Below, in pieces: positions 40,690-53,512 of a stretch of 64,000 bases of DNA (position 1 is its first letter; each line of letters opens with the position of its first letter). The translations under genes were made by a program, and so were the position numbers. Source of the DNA: Octopus sinensis. Lineage: Eukaryota. A model generated the notes under the pieces. It was given only the letters and a program-made list of their open reading frames with translations, was not told where the DNA came from and searched no databases. The DNA lies in assembly GCF_006345805.1 (NCBI RefSeq), contig NC_043010.1, positions 1,550,001 through 1,614,000 of the forward strand, written 5' to 3'.

Positions 40690-41015
40690 AGCAGCGAGCT
40701 GCCAGAACCGTTAGCGCGATATGCGTGGCCGTATTTCGTCTACCGTTACGTTCCGTAATCGACTTAATCCCTTTGTCTGTCCTTGTTTGTCCTCTCTGTG
40801 TTTAGCCCCTTGTGGGTAGTAAAGAAATAGGTATTTCGTCTGTCTTTACGTTCTGAGTTCAAATTCCGCCGAGGTCGACTTTGCCTTTCATCCTTTCGGG
40901 GTCGATAAATTAAGTACCAGTTACGCACTGGGGTCGATGTAATCGACTTAATTCATTTGTCTGTCCCTGTTTGTCCCCTCTGCGTTTGGCCCCTTATGGG
41001 TAGTAAAGAAATAGA
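40690..41015 (+). mobile_element. SINE family C dimer (deleted copy fused to a second copy)
   Basis: Junction AAAGAAATA|GGTATTTCGTCTG at about 40830; both halves carry the same tail. Confidence 0.88.
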
Positions 41016-41095
41016 TACGTAAAGAGATTAGTTCATATACGAAAGGGAAGACGGAAATTGAGGATTAAAGGAAGAGTGACTGAAAGAGAGAGGAG

Positions 41096-41135
<40 letters not shown>

Positions 41136-41925
41136 TAGACTGAGCAAGAAGGAGTAGCAAGAGAGACTGATGTGAAAGAAAAGAGATGAGAGACGATGGT
41201 GACATGAACAAGGAAGGAGAAAGAAAGCGAGTTGGGAATGGGGGGAAGGCATTAAAAGGGAGAGAATTGATGCTAGAGGATGAGTGAGTATGGAAATATG
41301 GGGAGATAAAAAACGTAGAAGTGAAGGAGTCATAAGGAAGTGGGGGAGCGGGAGGAGAAAGAGGTAAGAATAAGGACAAAGAGTGCACAGTGGGGGGAGG
41401 GGGAAGGGAGGTAATAGTAATGCTGAGGTTGGAGTGGTGGGGGAAATGATTCAAGAGGAAGAGATTGGGGGACGGGGAGTTCACAAGGAGGTGTGTGGGA
41501 AGGTGGGTGTTTTGAAGAGAAACATCTATAATGCTGACAGTGAACAAATGCACACACACACACACACACACACACACCACACACACACACACACTCAGAT
41601 ATACAGACATATACACATACATATCATAGATAGGCTGACGCACACTACACGCATCCTGAAATCTGTGTGTCTGTCTATTAATATAGCAATATGTGTGTAC
41701 ATATATATATGTATTCTTTTATTTTTTAATATTTGTTTCATTCATTTTATTGCGGCCATGCTGGAGCACCGCATTGACGGGTTTTAGTCGAACAAATCAA
41801 CCCCAGGACTTACTTTTTAAAGCCTATTACTTATTCTAGCAATCTCTTGTGCTGAACTGCTAGGTGACGGGAATGACGGGAATATCAGCATCAGTATATA
41901 TAAAACCATTCATTTTATTTTCCAT

Positions 41926-41972
<47 letters not shown>

Positions 41973-42054
41973 ACAATTGCAGCGTGGAAGGTGTTCGTAA
42001 GCCATTTAAGAAACACACAAATGGCTTACAAACACCTTCCACGCTTGCAATTGT
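41973..42054. repeat. 35/36-bp inverted repeat with an 11-nt loop
   Basis: ACAATTGCAGCGTGGAAGGTGTTCGTAAGCCATTT and AAATGGCTTACAAACACCTTCCACGCTTGCAATTGT, with one indel and one mismatch. Confidence 0.92.
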
Positions 42055-42102
42055 TTTCGTTCCAGCACACGATCTCAGATCAAATCACTTGCTATGCAAG
42101 TA

Positions 42103-42154
<52 letters not shown>

Positions 42155-42162
42155 ATATATAT

Positions 42163-42193
<31 letters not shown>

Positions 42194-42375
42194 GTATATG
42201 TATATAAACATATATATATAGTATCCGTGCATACCCGTGTGTGTTTTTTATCTTCTGTGAAATTGCCTGAGGTATATCAAAAACATATTTGAACAAGCCT
42301 AAAGTTTATTAATTGTTCATCATTACTTCAAGCTACAACTGATGTATATATATATATACACGCACACAGACACAC

Positions 42376-42670
42376 CGAGGGTGCGATGGGTAAACTGCTG
42401 CAACCATATAATTTTAACATCGCGCATGCGCATGTTTCTTTTTGAATTCGTCCACTAAACAGTATAGTAGGGTCAGTTGGGCATCGTCTGCAAGAAAAAC
42501 ATCACCACTACGCACTTTACTCTGCCAGAAATTTGGAAATGACATACTGTACTGCTTGGCATTTGCGCAGGAAGCTCTAATACGAACATTTCAGAGTGTT
42601 TGGGTGTCAACCCGAGAACAGTGCAATCTGAGGACATGTAATGAGAGTGATAAAAATCAAACATCTAGAC
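42376..42670 (+). mobile_element. Tc1/mariner-family 5' end with decayed transposase N-terminal HTH
   Basis: Terminus-like CGAGGGTGCGATGGGTAAA and translation K*HTVLLGICAGSSNTNISECLGVNPRTVQ, an HTH-like pattern. Confidence 0.5.
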
Positions 42671-42768
42671 AATGGTCGTACCGTTAAGTTGCGGTGACGT
42701 AAACAAGCCAACACCGATTGCATAGTGTTTGTAGGAGAGACACTCACGCACACAATTTTTATTTTTGT

Positions 42769-43071
42769 GCCCTTTTCAAGCCTAGCCAGGCTTATGGGCC
42801 CGGTCTCCCAGTTCCTGTGGCGTATGTGTCCCCCCCCCCAGCTGGACGGGACGCCAGCCCATCGCAGCGTTACTCAAGAAACAGGAAGAGAGAGTGAGAG
42901 AAAGTTGTGACGAAAGAGTACAACAGGGGTCGCCCCGCCCCCCTGCGGGAGCCTCGTGGAGCTTTTAGGTGTTTTCGCTCAATAAACACACACAACGCCC
43001 GGTCTGGGAATCGAAACCGCGATCCTCCGAATACGATTCAGTTGCTCTAACCACTGGGTCATTGCGCCTCC
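42769..43071 (-). mobile_element. SINE family A, tail type 2, full length
   Basis: Reverse complement matches 34308-34617. Confidence 0.92.
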
Positions 43072-44434
43072 AGTCACGCTCACAGTTACATGAATGTATG
43101 TATGTATGTATGTATGTGTGTATGTATGAATGTATGCATGTATGTACGTACGTACGTACGTATGTATGTCTATATGCATGTATGTATGTATGTATGTATG
43201 TATTTATGTATGTATGTATTTATGTATGTATGTATGTATGTACGTATGTATGTATGCATGTATGTATGTATGTATGTATACACAAACACACACATACACG
43301 TACACGTAGAGAAAGAGAGGATGCGGGAGAGGAAACTGAAGCTGCATCAAAGACAACGAAATGTTAACACACGCACATCGCCTGTGCGCCAGAATCTAAT
43401 GGCGAACACACAGACAGCAATATTGATCTAGTCGCAGTGGTGCGAACACACAGACACAGCAAAATAGAAGATATGCGAACAGAGAAGCACACCCGCATAT
43501 TGCTAACGGACAACGGGCAGAAAGGAAGGCACACGTTCACACACACACGCTGTAATATATTCACACAGACACTGTGTGTGTGTGAGTGTGAATGTGTCTG
43601 AGTGTGTATGTGTGTGTATGTTCGGGTCTAAGTGAATGTATATGTCACTATGTGTGTGAGTTATTATGTGAATGTATATATCAGCGTGTATGTGTGTGCG
43701 TGTGTGGTGTGCGTGTGTGTGTGTGCGTCCGTCCGTATGTGAATGTGTGTTTGTCACTGTGTATGTATGTGTGTGCGTGTTTGTGGGAACGTCTGCATGT
43801 ATATTTGTCTGTGTGTGCCTTAGTACGTGCGTGTGTATGTGCATGTGCGTGTATGTGAAATGCGTGTGTGTGTGTGTGTGCGGTGTGAGTGTGTGTGTGT
43901 GTGGAGCTAGTGTGTGTGGAGCTAGTGTGTGGTGTGCATGCGTGTGTGTAGTGTGTGTATGTGTTTAGTTTGATGTGATGCATGTGTGTTGTGTCTGAGT
44001 GAGTGTGTTTGAATAATGTGACGTGATGTAATAAGTGCGCGTGTGTTTGTGTGCGTGTGTACATGCATATTCCTGTGTGCGTGTGTACGTCTGTTAGTAA
44101 GTTTTTCAACGGACGTTGACAGTGGAGTCTTGTATTGTTGTCTTTACACTGGGCAGCGACCGTGATGAGGTTTTTAGCTTCATCCATATTCTCTCCTATT
44201 AAAGCATTATCGAGCCTCTGTCGAAAAGTGACATTTTACCGTAAAGGGAAGCAACTCTATGTACCGGCTTACATCGGTAAATAATCGCAGAAACTCACGC
44301 AAAAATATACCGACAAACACAAATGCACACACACCCCTACACACAGGGGCAGAGATATAAATGCACACACACACACACACATATATATATACCAATTATA
44401 TACGTTTTTATTATACACACATATATATATATAT

Positions 44435-44585
44435 ACGACGGGCTTCTTTGGGGTTCCGTCTACCAAATTCACTCACAAGGCTTTGGTCGGCTCGAGACTA
44501 TAGTAGAAGTCATTTGCCCAAGGTGCCACGCAGTGGGACTGAACCCGGAGTCATGCAGTTGTTGAGCAAGCTACTTACCATGCAG
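44435..44585 (-). mobile_element. SINE family B 5' half
   Basis: GACGGGCTTCTTT...CAAGGTGCCACGCAGTGGGACTGAACCCGG...GCAAGCTACTTACCA. Confidence 0.85.
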
Positions 44586-45499
44586 TTACTTATATACAAT
44601 ATATGAAAAGTTTGTTTTGATGTTAAATTTTGATAAAAGCAATTTAGCATTAAATTGAAGAATTATGCTAATGTGTGTGTGTGTGGTGTGTGTGTGTGTG
44701 TCTGTTTGTCTGTCTTTCTGTCTGTGCAGCAGCCGTCTGCATAGGGTTCATCTACCAAGTTCAGCTCACGAACCCACAAGACAGTCAACTTGTAACTATA
44801 GTATATATATATTATCTAAATTCATCTTCCACTTTTTTAAGGAACCAAAAATACGAGAGATATTAATCGCTGCTATTTCTAGAAGATCAAGTCACCACAT
44901 AGAGGATTTTCTCCATGACTGCTGTTTCTAGCATGCGGAGTGACCATATGGTGGTTTCCTCATTGGTTCATCTCAATACTGTTTAGCACAAGGTCTACAA
45001 CGAAAGTGTAGCAATATAATGAAAGCCCTTCTAGCCGTGACCATCATGCCTTTTGGTGGCATGTTGGACAGGACTACATTGTCTAATGTCAGACCATGAT
45101 CAATCGACCCATCTACATATTTTATTCATCGTGTATCTTGGACTTCATTATCATATCTACTCTTCCATTTTTAAAAGAGGTGCATGTAATGTTGCTGTGT
45201 TTTTCTAGCTGTTCAATGGGCAAGGAAGGAGCGGACTTGTTGGCACGTCTCTTAATTCTCTATTGATTACCGACAGAATTTTAAAATAACTGAAATACAA
45301 CAAAGTTCTTTAAAACTTCCGTTGCTAGAGTCGTCGTTTTAATGGTGGACCTGAAACTGTTGTCTGTTTATTTCACCTTTCAAAATAATTTGGTCATAGA
45401 GTCTAGTGTTTGTATGTTGCTAAGGTACGCTGTACGCTAAGTATTTGTTGCTAAGGTACGCTATATGCTGAGTTTTTTTTTCTTCTGCTTTTGTTTATT

Positions 45500-46070
45500 G
45501 ATATAGCTTCTATAGCCAGCTTTTATACTTCCGAGAGGAATTCTATTAGGAAACAATATCTTTCGATACAATCATACTTCATGCTCTTTTGTGTAAGATA
45601 CATTTTTAATGACCTCGTTAAATGATAGACAGGATGCCTGCACCCTACCCTTGACATCCGGCAGCCCTTCCAAACTTGTGAGATTGCTGCAGTATAGCTT
45701 ACAATCATTCCTTGTTGTAAATGCATTGTTAGATGTGGAGAAAAAGTGGTAACAGTATGTCTATACTATCAATCGTCCATATTAAGTTGAATCATCTGCA
45801 GAAAGTAGCGATGGTTTGTGGCGGTAACTAGTGAGTATAAACTGTTTTGAAATAGGATGCCTTGGTTTACTGAGAAAGAAATGAAATGTTTACCTCTCGG
45901 AGCTTAACCCTTCATTTTAAGAAGTATCCCCTCAATCATTTAAGAAGCATGAAATCTGCAACAGCCGTGAATGCATCTGAATCGGTAAATGCTATTATTG
46001 GAGTTTTGTTCAGTGAATTTTCAGTATTGTAGTTTGTAGTTAATGAGAATATTTGTAATGGTTCTGTTAT
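45500..46070 (-). pseudogene. Decayed RTE-like LINE reverse-transcriptase fragment
   Basis: FSVNQGI..., LLSADD (like LLYADD) and KGRVQASCLSFNEV...LYRKILFP (like RI..A..AF..L...VY..VLP). Confidence 0.4.
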
Positions 46071-46099
46071 TGCTATTTAAAAAGAAGTCTCAGGTAGAG

Positions 46100-46440
46100 G
46101 CATGTCTGTGTGGTTAAGAAGCTTGCTTTGCAATTACTATGCGGTATCGGGTTCATTCCTACTGTGCAGCACCCAAGGCAAATGTCTTCCACTGAAACCC
46201 CGGATTGACCAATGCCTTGTGAGAGATTTTGGTAGACAGAACCGTGAGGAAGGCCATCGTATTCATGTGTGTGTATTATGTGTATGTATGTCTTATCTGT
46301 CTATGTTATGTTTGTCGCCCACCACCATTCCACAACCATTGTTGGTTTGTTTACGTCCATGTAAGTTAGCGTTTCGGCAAAAGCTACTTATGCAATAAGT
46401 GGTTTTAGTTCCATGACTGGAAGAAGTAAAAGGTAAAAGG
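46100..46440 (+). mobile_element. SINE family B, degenerate bipartite copy
   Basis: GCATGTCTGTGTGGTTAAGAAGCTTGCT...TGTGAGAGATTTTGGTAGACAG...CCACCACCATT...AAGTAAAAGGTAAAAGG. Confidence 0.75.
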
Positions 46441-46987
46441 TAAATACTTAAATTCAAATAACGAAGGGTAGTAGCACCCATGACTCGTTTTCGTTCCTCC
46501 GAGGCTTTTGCGAAAACAGGAGAAATTCACCCTGAAGCCAGAGGCTTGATTGCACTCAAAAGTTTACAAAGAAGTAGGTCCCAAAACAGCACCCAAAAGT
46601 CAGGTGGTGAGGTTAATCCTGCCAATAGTGATGGTATGTTAACCTAGAACAGGTCTAATTTCTTCGACAGAATTCCACGTCAGACCAAATTTCCGTCAAC
46701 GAAACTTCATAATGTTGAAGAGTTTCATCGACTCGAGGTTATATTTTGGTAGGTAGTCTAAATCTGTCAGACTTGGATTCTGTTTTAAGGATATCTCTCT
46801 CCATCCCTCTCCCCCTCTCTCCCTCTCTCTCAATATCACCTCTCTCCCTCCCCCTCTCTCTCCTTCATTCTTTTTGTCAAAAAATTAAAACATATATATA
46901 TATTATATAGATTTTCAGAACGCCGTGGGACAGAACTCGAAACCTCATTACGCTGAAAAGAACTTCCTATATACATACACACACACA

Positions 46988-47020
<33 letters not shown>

Positions 47021-47714
47021 GCATGCATACATGCATACATACATACATACATACATACATACATACATACATACATACATACATACATACATGCATACAT
47101 ACATACATACATGCATACATACACACATACATACATACACACACACGCATGATTCGTTGCGCCATAAATATATTTAAAGTTTGAAAGAACATGAAACAAT
47201 TCATTTTTGAAACAGCGGGTCTCGAAGCGCATATAGCTATAAATGAAAGCGTAAAATCATGTAAATATTGAGTCTAAAAAGTCCTTTGGATAGAAAAAGT
47301 CGGAAGCTGCCTGTGAGAATTGATCCCACATCTTATGCAGACAACACACACACACACATATGTATGTATGTATGTATGTGCATGTGTATATATGCTCGCC
47401 TGTGATTGGTTGAAATATATGTTATATTCCGTTTCAAGAGTTTTTGACAGCGGTCATTGTGTGGTTGGTTCATAAAATTCATTCATATTTTTTTTTATCC
47501 GAGTTGTTTGTTTGTTTGTTTGTTTGTTTGTTGAATGCATGAAGCCTTGTCCGTCTGTCTTTGTGGAATATCTGTGTCTATTGTCCTGTAGTTTGCTCTA
47601 ATAAATTATTACTGGACTCCTGCTTCCGTCTCGTCAAACTTGATGACAATTTTATTAATTATAGAGAACGTTACCTTTTCAAAAGTTTCATTTTGACGTT
47701 AAGTTTATTACAAA

Positions 47715-47778
47715 TGCACACACACACAAACACATATACATAATATACACGCACGCACACACACACACTAACACACAA

Positions 47779-47839
<61 letters not shown>

Positions 47840-47864
47840 TAAACACACACAAACACACAAACAC

Positions 47865-47917
<53 letters not shown>

Positions 47918-48040
47918 TAAACACACACACAAACATACGCACAGACACACACACACAAACACACACACACACACACATGCACACAAACACAAACACACAC
48001 AAACATGCAAACATGCACACAAACGTACGCACATACACAG
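47715..48040. repeat. (CA)n microsatellite
   Basis: Imperfect CA/CAAA array. Confidence 0.95.
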
Positions 48041-48553
48041 ACAGATAGATAAATTATGCATACATACTCCCCGTCATGCGTCGGTATGGTTGTGTCTACG
48101 TATGTGTGTGTGTGCGCGTGTGTGTATGCATATGGACGATATCGTTTCAAATTTTAAGGAAACAAAGCACGTAACATTGTGTGTACATGCACACATTCAC
48201 ACGTACGCACACACACACACACGATATCATGGAGTTGATTTTTCAAAGTTTGAGACAAAAAAAATACATGAAAAAATGTAATGTTTGAGTCATTTCCTAT
48301 ATCTATAGATAAGTATGTGTGTTTAAGGGAGATAATTTAGCTTAACTTGTTTGAGCCGTACAATTATTTTTCAGCAGTCCCGTTGTCTATCAACGATATC
48401 GAACGTTATTAGTGCACCTGGTACTCCAGCACACCCATTAATTCTTTCATTCTCACGCACTCTTCGCCAATTTGCTTCTCCGTTCATATGTGAAATATGA
48501 AACATTATCCTTCTGCTCCCTTGCAGTTTATTTCTCCGACTCCATTCTTTATA

Positions 48554-48770
48554 CAGGCGAGTGCAAAAGTAGGTCTACTGTAATTATCACATCACTGTTA
48601 TGATACTTAATTAATTAAAATTATTAGCACATTGAATTAGTTAACCTCATTTTTTATATTTTCAGTGTCATTAATCATAATAATACATTTATCATAACTA
48701 TGATAATATTTTTTTCGTAACTTTTAATTTTTTTGATAAAATTAAAATAAGTATTGTACGTGTTTCCTTT
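48554..48770 (+). mobile_element. Possible Tc1/mariner-like left end
   Basis: TA|CAGGCGAGTGCAAAAGTAGG terminus followed by an AT-rich body, then truncated by a SINE. No right TIR was found. Confidence 0.3.
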
Positions 48771-48778
48771 TTTTTCGT

Positions 48779-49085
48779 AGGCGCAGGAGTGGCTGTGTGG
48801 TAAGAACTTGCTTCTTAATTACATGGTTCCGAGTTCAGTACCACTGCGTGGTACCTTGGGCAAGTGTCTTCTACTATAGCCTCGGGCCGACCAAAGCCTT
48901 GTGAGTGGATTTGGCAGAGGGAAGCTGAAAGAAGCCCATCGTAAATATATATATATATGTATGTATGTATTTGTGTGTCTATGTTTGTTCCCCCCACCAG
49001 CAGTTCGGCAAAAGAGACCGATAGAATAAGTATTAGGCTTATAAAGAATAAGCCCTGGCGTCGATTTCATCCACCAAAGGCGATG
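48779..49085 (+). mobile_element. SINE family B
   Basis: AGGCGCAGGAGTGGCTGTGTGGTAAG...GAAAGAAGCCCATCG plus a partial 3' half. Confidence 0.9.
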
Positions 49086-49672
49086 TTCTCAGCGTGGTTG
49101 CAAATGGGATCTATTCCACCTCAATCACAGATTTTTTAATTAATTAATTTTTTAACTAAACAGTTTGAAACTTGGAATACTGGTGGAATTTCTCAAGTTG
49201 AACACGGTTTACTCTGAACGTTTTTTTGACAAAATTTCTTATTTTAGAAGTTATTTCATGTTGAAGTTGTCGTATTTGGGTGATTTCAACCAATCAACGA
49301 CGTGTGTTCAGTTGAAGAAAGCTACAGCCATGCCGGTGCCGTATGGCATAATAATATAGGATTTGTTATGGTGGAGGTGGAGGTGGTGATGCTATCGATG
49401 ATGGGTAATTATTTGTTACTGGTTGTAGAAGTGTGTGGCTGTGAGGAGGGAAAGAGAGTGTGGAGAGTGAGAGACTGTTGGTGTGTGTATGTGTGCTTGC
49501 GTGTATGCGTTTGCGTGTACGTGTATGTGTATATACATGTGTGTGTATGTGTGTATGTGTGCGTGCGTGTGTGTATGTGTGCGTGCACGCGTGCGGGGTT
49601 GTGTGTGTGTGCGTGCGCGTATGTATACTCGAAGAATCGGCGTCAGTAATGACAGGAAGAAAACTTCAGAAA

Positions 49673-49727
<55 letters not shown>

Positions 49728-49790
49728 GGTGGTGGCAGTGGTGGTGGTGGTGTCGGTTGTGGTGGTGGTGGTGGTGGTGGAAGAAGAAAA

Positions 49791-49827
<37 letters not shown>

Positions 49828-50549
49828 GAAGAAGAAGAAGAAGAAGAAGAAGGAGAACAACAACAACAACAACAACAGCAACAACAGTAACATCAACAAC
49901 AACGTCGACAAGAAGAAAACAAAAAAACGGCTAATGGGTGGGGGGGGGTGTTGATCGACGGTCAGGCTTAGGGTATACGATAATATCATAGGTGGCGCTC
50001 CGTTGATAGGCGTATTATGAGGAATCAGATAACGTTTAAATGCCTGGTTGGCAACGTGCGCCGGTCGCTGGGTGTTGTTTTCGCTCTTTTGAAGGGAAGA
50101 AGAAGACAGCAGTTGCGTGTTTAATACGTACAGCAGTCAATGTGTGTGTGTGTGTGTGGTGGTGGTGTTGGTGGTGGTGGTGTTGGTGGTGGTGGTGCGT
50201 CAGTGCGAAAAGGTGAACGCGTACGAGGTGGAGCGTAAACGCACGTGCTTGCTCGTGGCAGGGTCACTAATCTGTGCGTATGTATGTATGTATGGATGGA
50301 TGGATGGGCGAATGGATGGATGGATGGATGGGCGAATGGCTACATGTATGTATAAATGTAATGTAGGTATGCAAGTATGGTTGTATATTTGTATGTATAA
50401 TGTATATAAGCGTGACCGTACCTTTATACATGTGTCTGTATCTCTAAGAGTCTCTCTCACTCTCTCACACTCCCTTTCTCACTCTCACTCTTATTCTCTC
50501 TCTCACTCTCTCTCTCTATCTTCTTTACATATGTGTGTGTAAATATGTT

Positions 50550-50622
50550 ATGTAGATAGACAGACATACAGATAGATTGATAGATACATAGATAAAGAGA
50601 TAGATAGATAGATAGATTGATT

Positions 50623-50671
<49 letters not shown>

Positions 50672-50672
50672 G

Positions 50673-50764
<92 letters not shown>

Positions 50765-50769
50765 TAGAG

Positions 50770-50868
<99 letters not shown>

Positions 50869-50879
50869 TAGATAAATAG

Positions 50880-50912
<33 letters not shown>

Positions 50913-50917
50913 TAGAG

Positions 50918-50968
<51 letters not shown>

Positions 50969-51012
50969 GGAGAGAGAGATAGGATAGATAGAGAGAGAGA
51001 TAGATAAGATAG

Positions 51013-51045
<33 letters not shown>

Positions 51046-51075
51046 TAGAGAGATAGATAGACAGACAGATATATA

Positions 51076-51148
<73 letters not shown>

Positions 51149-51170
51149 AGATAGATAGAGAGAGAGAGCG
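50550..51170. repeat. (GATA)n/(GA)n microsatellite
   Basis: About 600-bp GATA array with GA interruptions. Confidence 0.96.
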
Positions 51171-51643
51171 AGAGAGAGTGATGTTTCTTTATTAGCCACA
51201 CAGAGTTGTACAGGTGTGCACACACATGGAAGTGCATCTGCCTTACCTTCGTATATTTATGAATGCACGTAAACACACACACACCAACTCATACAGCAAC
51301 AAACACGCGACCTTCACAGGCATACGTAACTAAACAACACACTCACACGCACACATATGCTTCCTCATTCACACATACGCACTCACTCACACACACACTC
51401 ATACGATCCCACGAACGTTTACATGCATGCACGAGTTTGTGTGTGAGTGAGTGCGTGTGCATGTGTGTTTTGCGCGTGTGCGTGTGTGTTCTGTGTGTAT
51501 GTTAGTGGGTGTGGGAGTGTCGGTGCGTGTGTGGTGTGTGTGTGGGGTGTGCGAGCGTGCCCAAGCAAATTCATTCCTTTGAACTGCATGATAAGAAAAT
51601 TGGTAAATTAAGGGTTAGAAAGATATAAAGATTAATGATGTAC

Positions 51644-51679
<36 letters not shown>

Positions 51680-51852
51680 AAGAGAGGGAGAGAGATAAAG
51701 AGCGAGAGAGAGAGAAAGACAGATATATATATATATATATATATATGTACATTATAAAGAGAGAGAGAGGAGAGGGAGTGAAGGAGAGGTAAGAGAGAGA
51801 GGAGAGAATGGTGGGCAAGAAGACCGGGAATGTGTTAGGAAGTATAGTAGTA

Positions 51853-51900
<48 letters not shown>

Positions 51901-52344
51901 ATTAAATCTTCTTAGTAATACTAGTAACAAAAGTAATGGTTAAGGTAGCGTTAGCTGTTATAAAAGCGTTGGTTGTATCAGATTTTTTTATACCAGATTA
52001 TTGTGTGAAAGGTCCAGCCCATCGCTAACGTAGACTTTTTCTTTCTGTTTTTCTAGATCTACATTGCTTTATGTATCCCATTCTTTTAAGACGGTATATA
52101 TAAAAGAATGATATACGAGAGGCATTTAGCTGCTATTTCTAGCAGACCGAGTGACCATCTGGAGTTTTCCCCAAAGGTTTCAAACCCACCGATGCTTCTG
52201 GTGTTAGTGTATCGACTGCTCTCAGTCTCTTCTGAGAAATTCGAGAGACATTAAGTTGCTGTTTCTAGCAAAGCTAGTTACCTCACAGTCTGGTGCCTTC
52301 CTTCTTGGTTTTGACCCTCTCTTCCCCCCCCCCAGTCCCAGTGG

Positions 52345-52700
52345 TAGTGTATTGCAGGCATCTGTCTTTCACGAGACGATTTTACTATTTGCAGTTGAAG
52401 CGCCGACGACGTCTGCCAGCTGATTTGCTAGACACCCACGAGGTTATTCATCAGCTTTCCAGCAACAACAGCATTGGGTACCTTTTTGAATACCATATGT
52501 CTAATACTCCAGGACATGCTTATAAAATCAAAAACAACACAGCTCTTGTGACTTTTGGAAAAAAATAATTTTCACGCTCAGAATTGCTGAAACATGGAAT
52601 AAACTATTCGCATCAGTGGTTCGTTGTCGAGACACTGCATCCTTCAAAACTTCCATGGTTCCTGAAATTCTTCAACTGTACACCTGATGTCCCTCTACCA
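52345..52700 (+). pseudogene. CR1-type LINE 3' end remnant
   Basis: LKRRRRLPADLLDTHEVIH...SNTPGHAYKIK...FTLRIAETWNKL (like TRGH.YKI...FFT.RV...WNKL). Confidence 0.7.
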
Positions 52701-52744
52701 CTTTTTTTAGCGACTTATTTTATTCTACATTATTTACGTTTACA

Positions 52745-52883
52745 CTTGACAGATATTTGTCCTCATCTTGTTTGTTGTTAGCACAACGTTTCGGGTGATA
52801 TACCCTCCAGCGTTCATCAAGTGTCTTGGGGAAATTTCGAACCTGGGTTCTCATTCCTAACGTATTTTTCGATGTTTATTATG

Positions 52884-52950
<67 letters not shown>

Positions 52951-53010
52951 TCACTGCCTGGAAACGAACTCGGAATCTTGGGGTTAGTAGCCCGGGCTTT
53001 TAACCACTAC
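52745..53010 (-). mobile_element. tRNA-headed SINE with internal (AAT)n and a 3' hammerhead-like motif
   Basis: Minus strand: head GTAGTGGTTAAAAGCCCGGGCTACTAACCCCAAGATTCCGAGTTCGTTTCC (A box and B box), then (AAT)n and a body. It continues ACAC-TTGATGA-A-CGCTG..CACCC-GAAA-CG-TT-GTG at 52781-52824. Confidence 0.75.
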
Positions 53011-53125
53011 ACTTTCTGTAGAGATTTAATCCAAACACGAAAACACAAAGAGAAAACAGAATAACGCGAGGACATGGAAGAAGTACAGTGTTATTGGATG
53101 TTCATGAAAGGAAAGAAAGAAGAAG

Positions 53126-53162
53126 GATTTAACGTTTCGAGCGGAGTTCTTCGTCAGAAACA
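53126..53162 (-). ncRNA. Minimal type I hammerhead-like motif in a short repeat spanning about 53030-53222
   Basis: Minus strand: GTTT-CTGACGA-A-GAAC TCC GCTC-GAAA-CG-TT-AAAT, with an intact core, palindromic ACGU stem III and a GUU triplet. Confidence 0.7.
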
Positions 53163-53237
53163 TAGGAAAAGGAAGGGAAAACAGAGGGGGAAAAATCACC
53201 AACGATCCACACGCGGCCACATAATATATATATATAT

Positions 53238-53400
53238 AGGTGCAGGAGTGGCAGTGTGGTAAGTAGCTTGCTTACCAACCACATGGTTCCGGGTTCATCC
53301 CACTGCGTGGCACTTTGGGCAAGTGTCTTCTACTATATCCTCGGGCCGACCAAAGCCTTGTGAGTGATTTGGTAGATGGAAACTGAAAGAAGCCCGTTGT
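53238..53400 (+). mobile_element. SINE family B 5' half
   Basis: AGGTGCAGGAGTGGCAGTGTGGTAAGTAGCTTGCTTACC...GAAAGAAGCCCGTTG. Confidence 0.92.
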
Positions 53401-53415
53401 ATATATGATATGTAT

Positions 53416-53473
<58 letters not shown>

Positions 53474-53512
53474 ATGTGTGTGTGTGTGGTGTGTGGTGTG
53501 TGTGTGTGTGGT

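Noticed and set aside
46480-46633. Short ORF MTRFRSSEAFAK...NSDG with a GTATGT donor
   Set aside because: It has no recognisable domain, a weak acceptor, and lies between repeats.
47638-47680. Further hammerhead-like string (TTGATGA...GAGAACGTT)
   Set aside because: Both core halves are mutated and there is no stem I complementarity.
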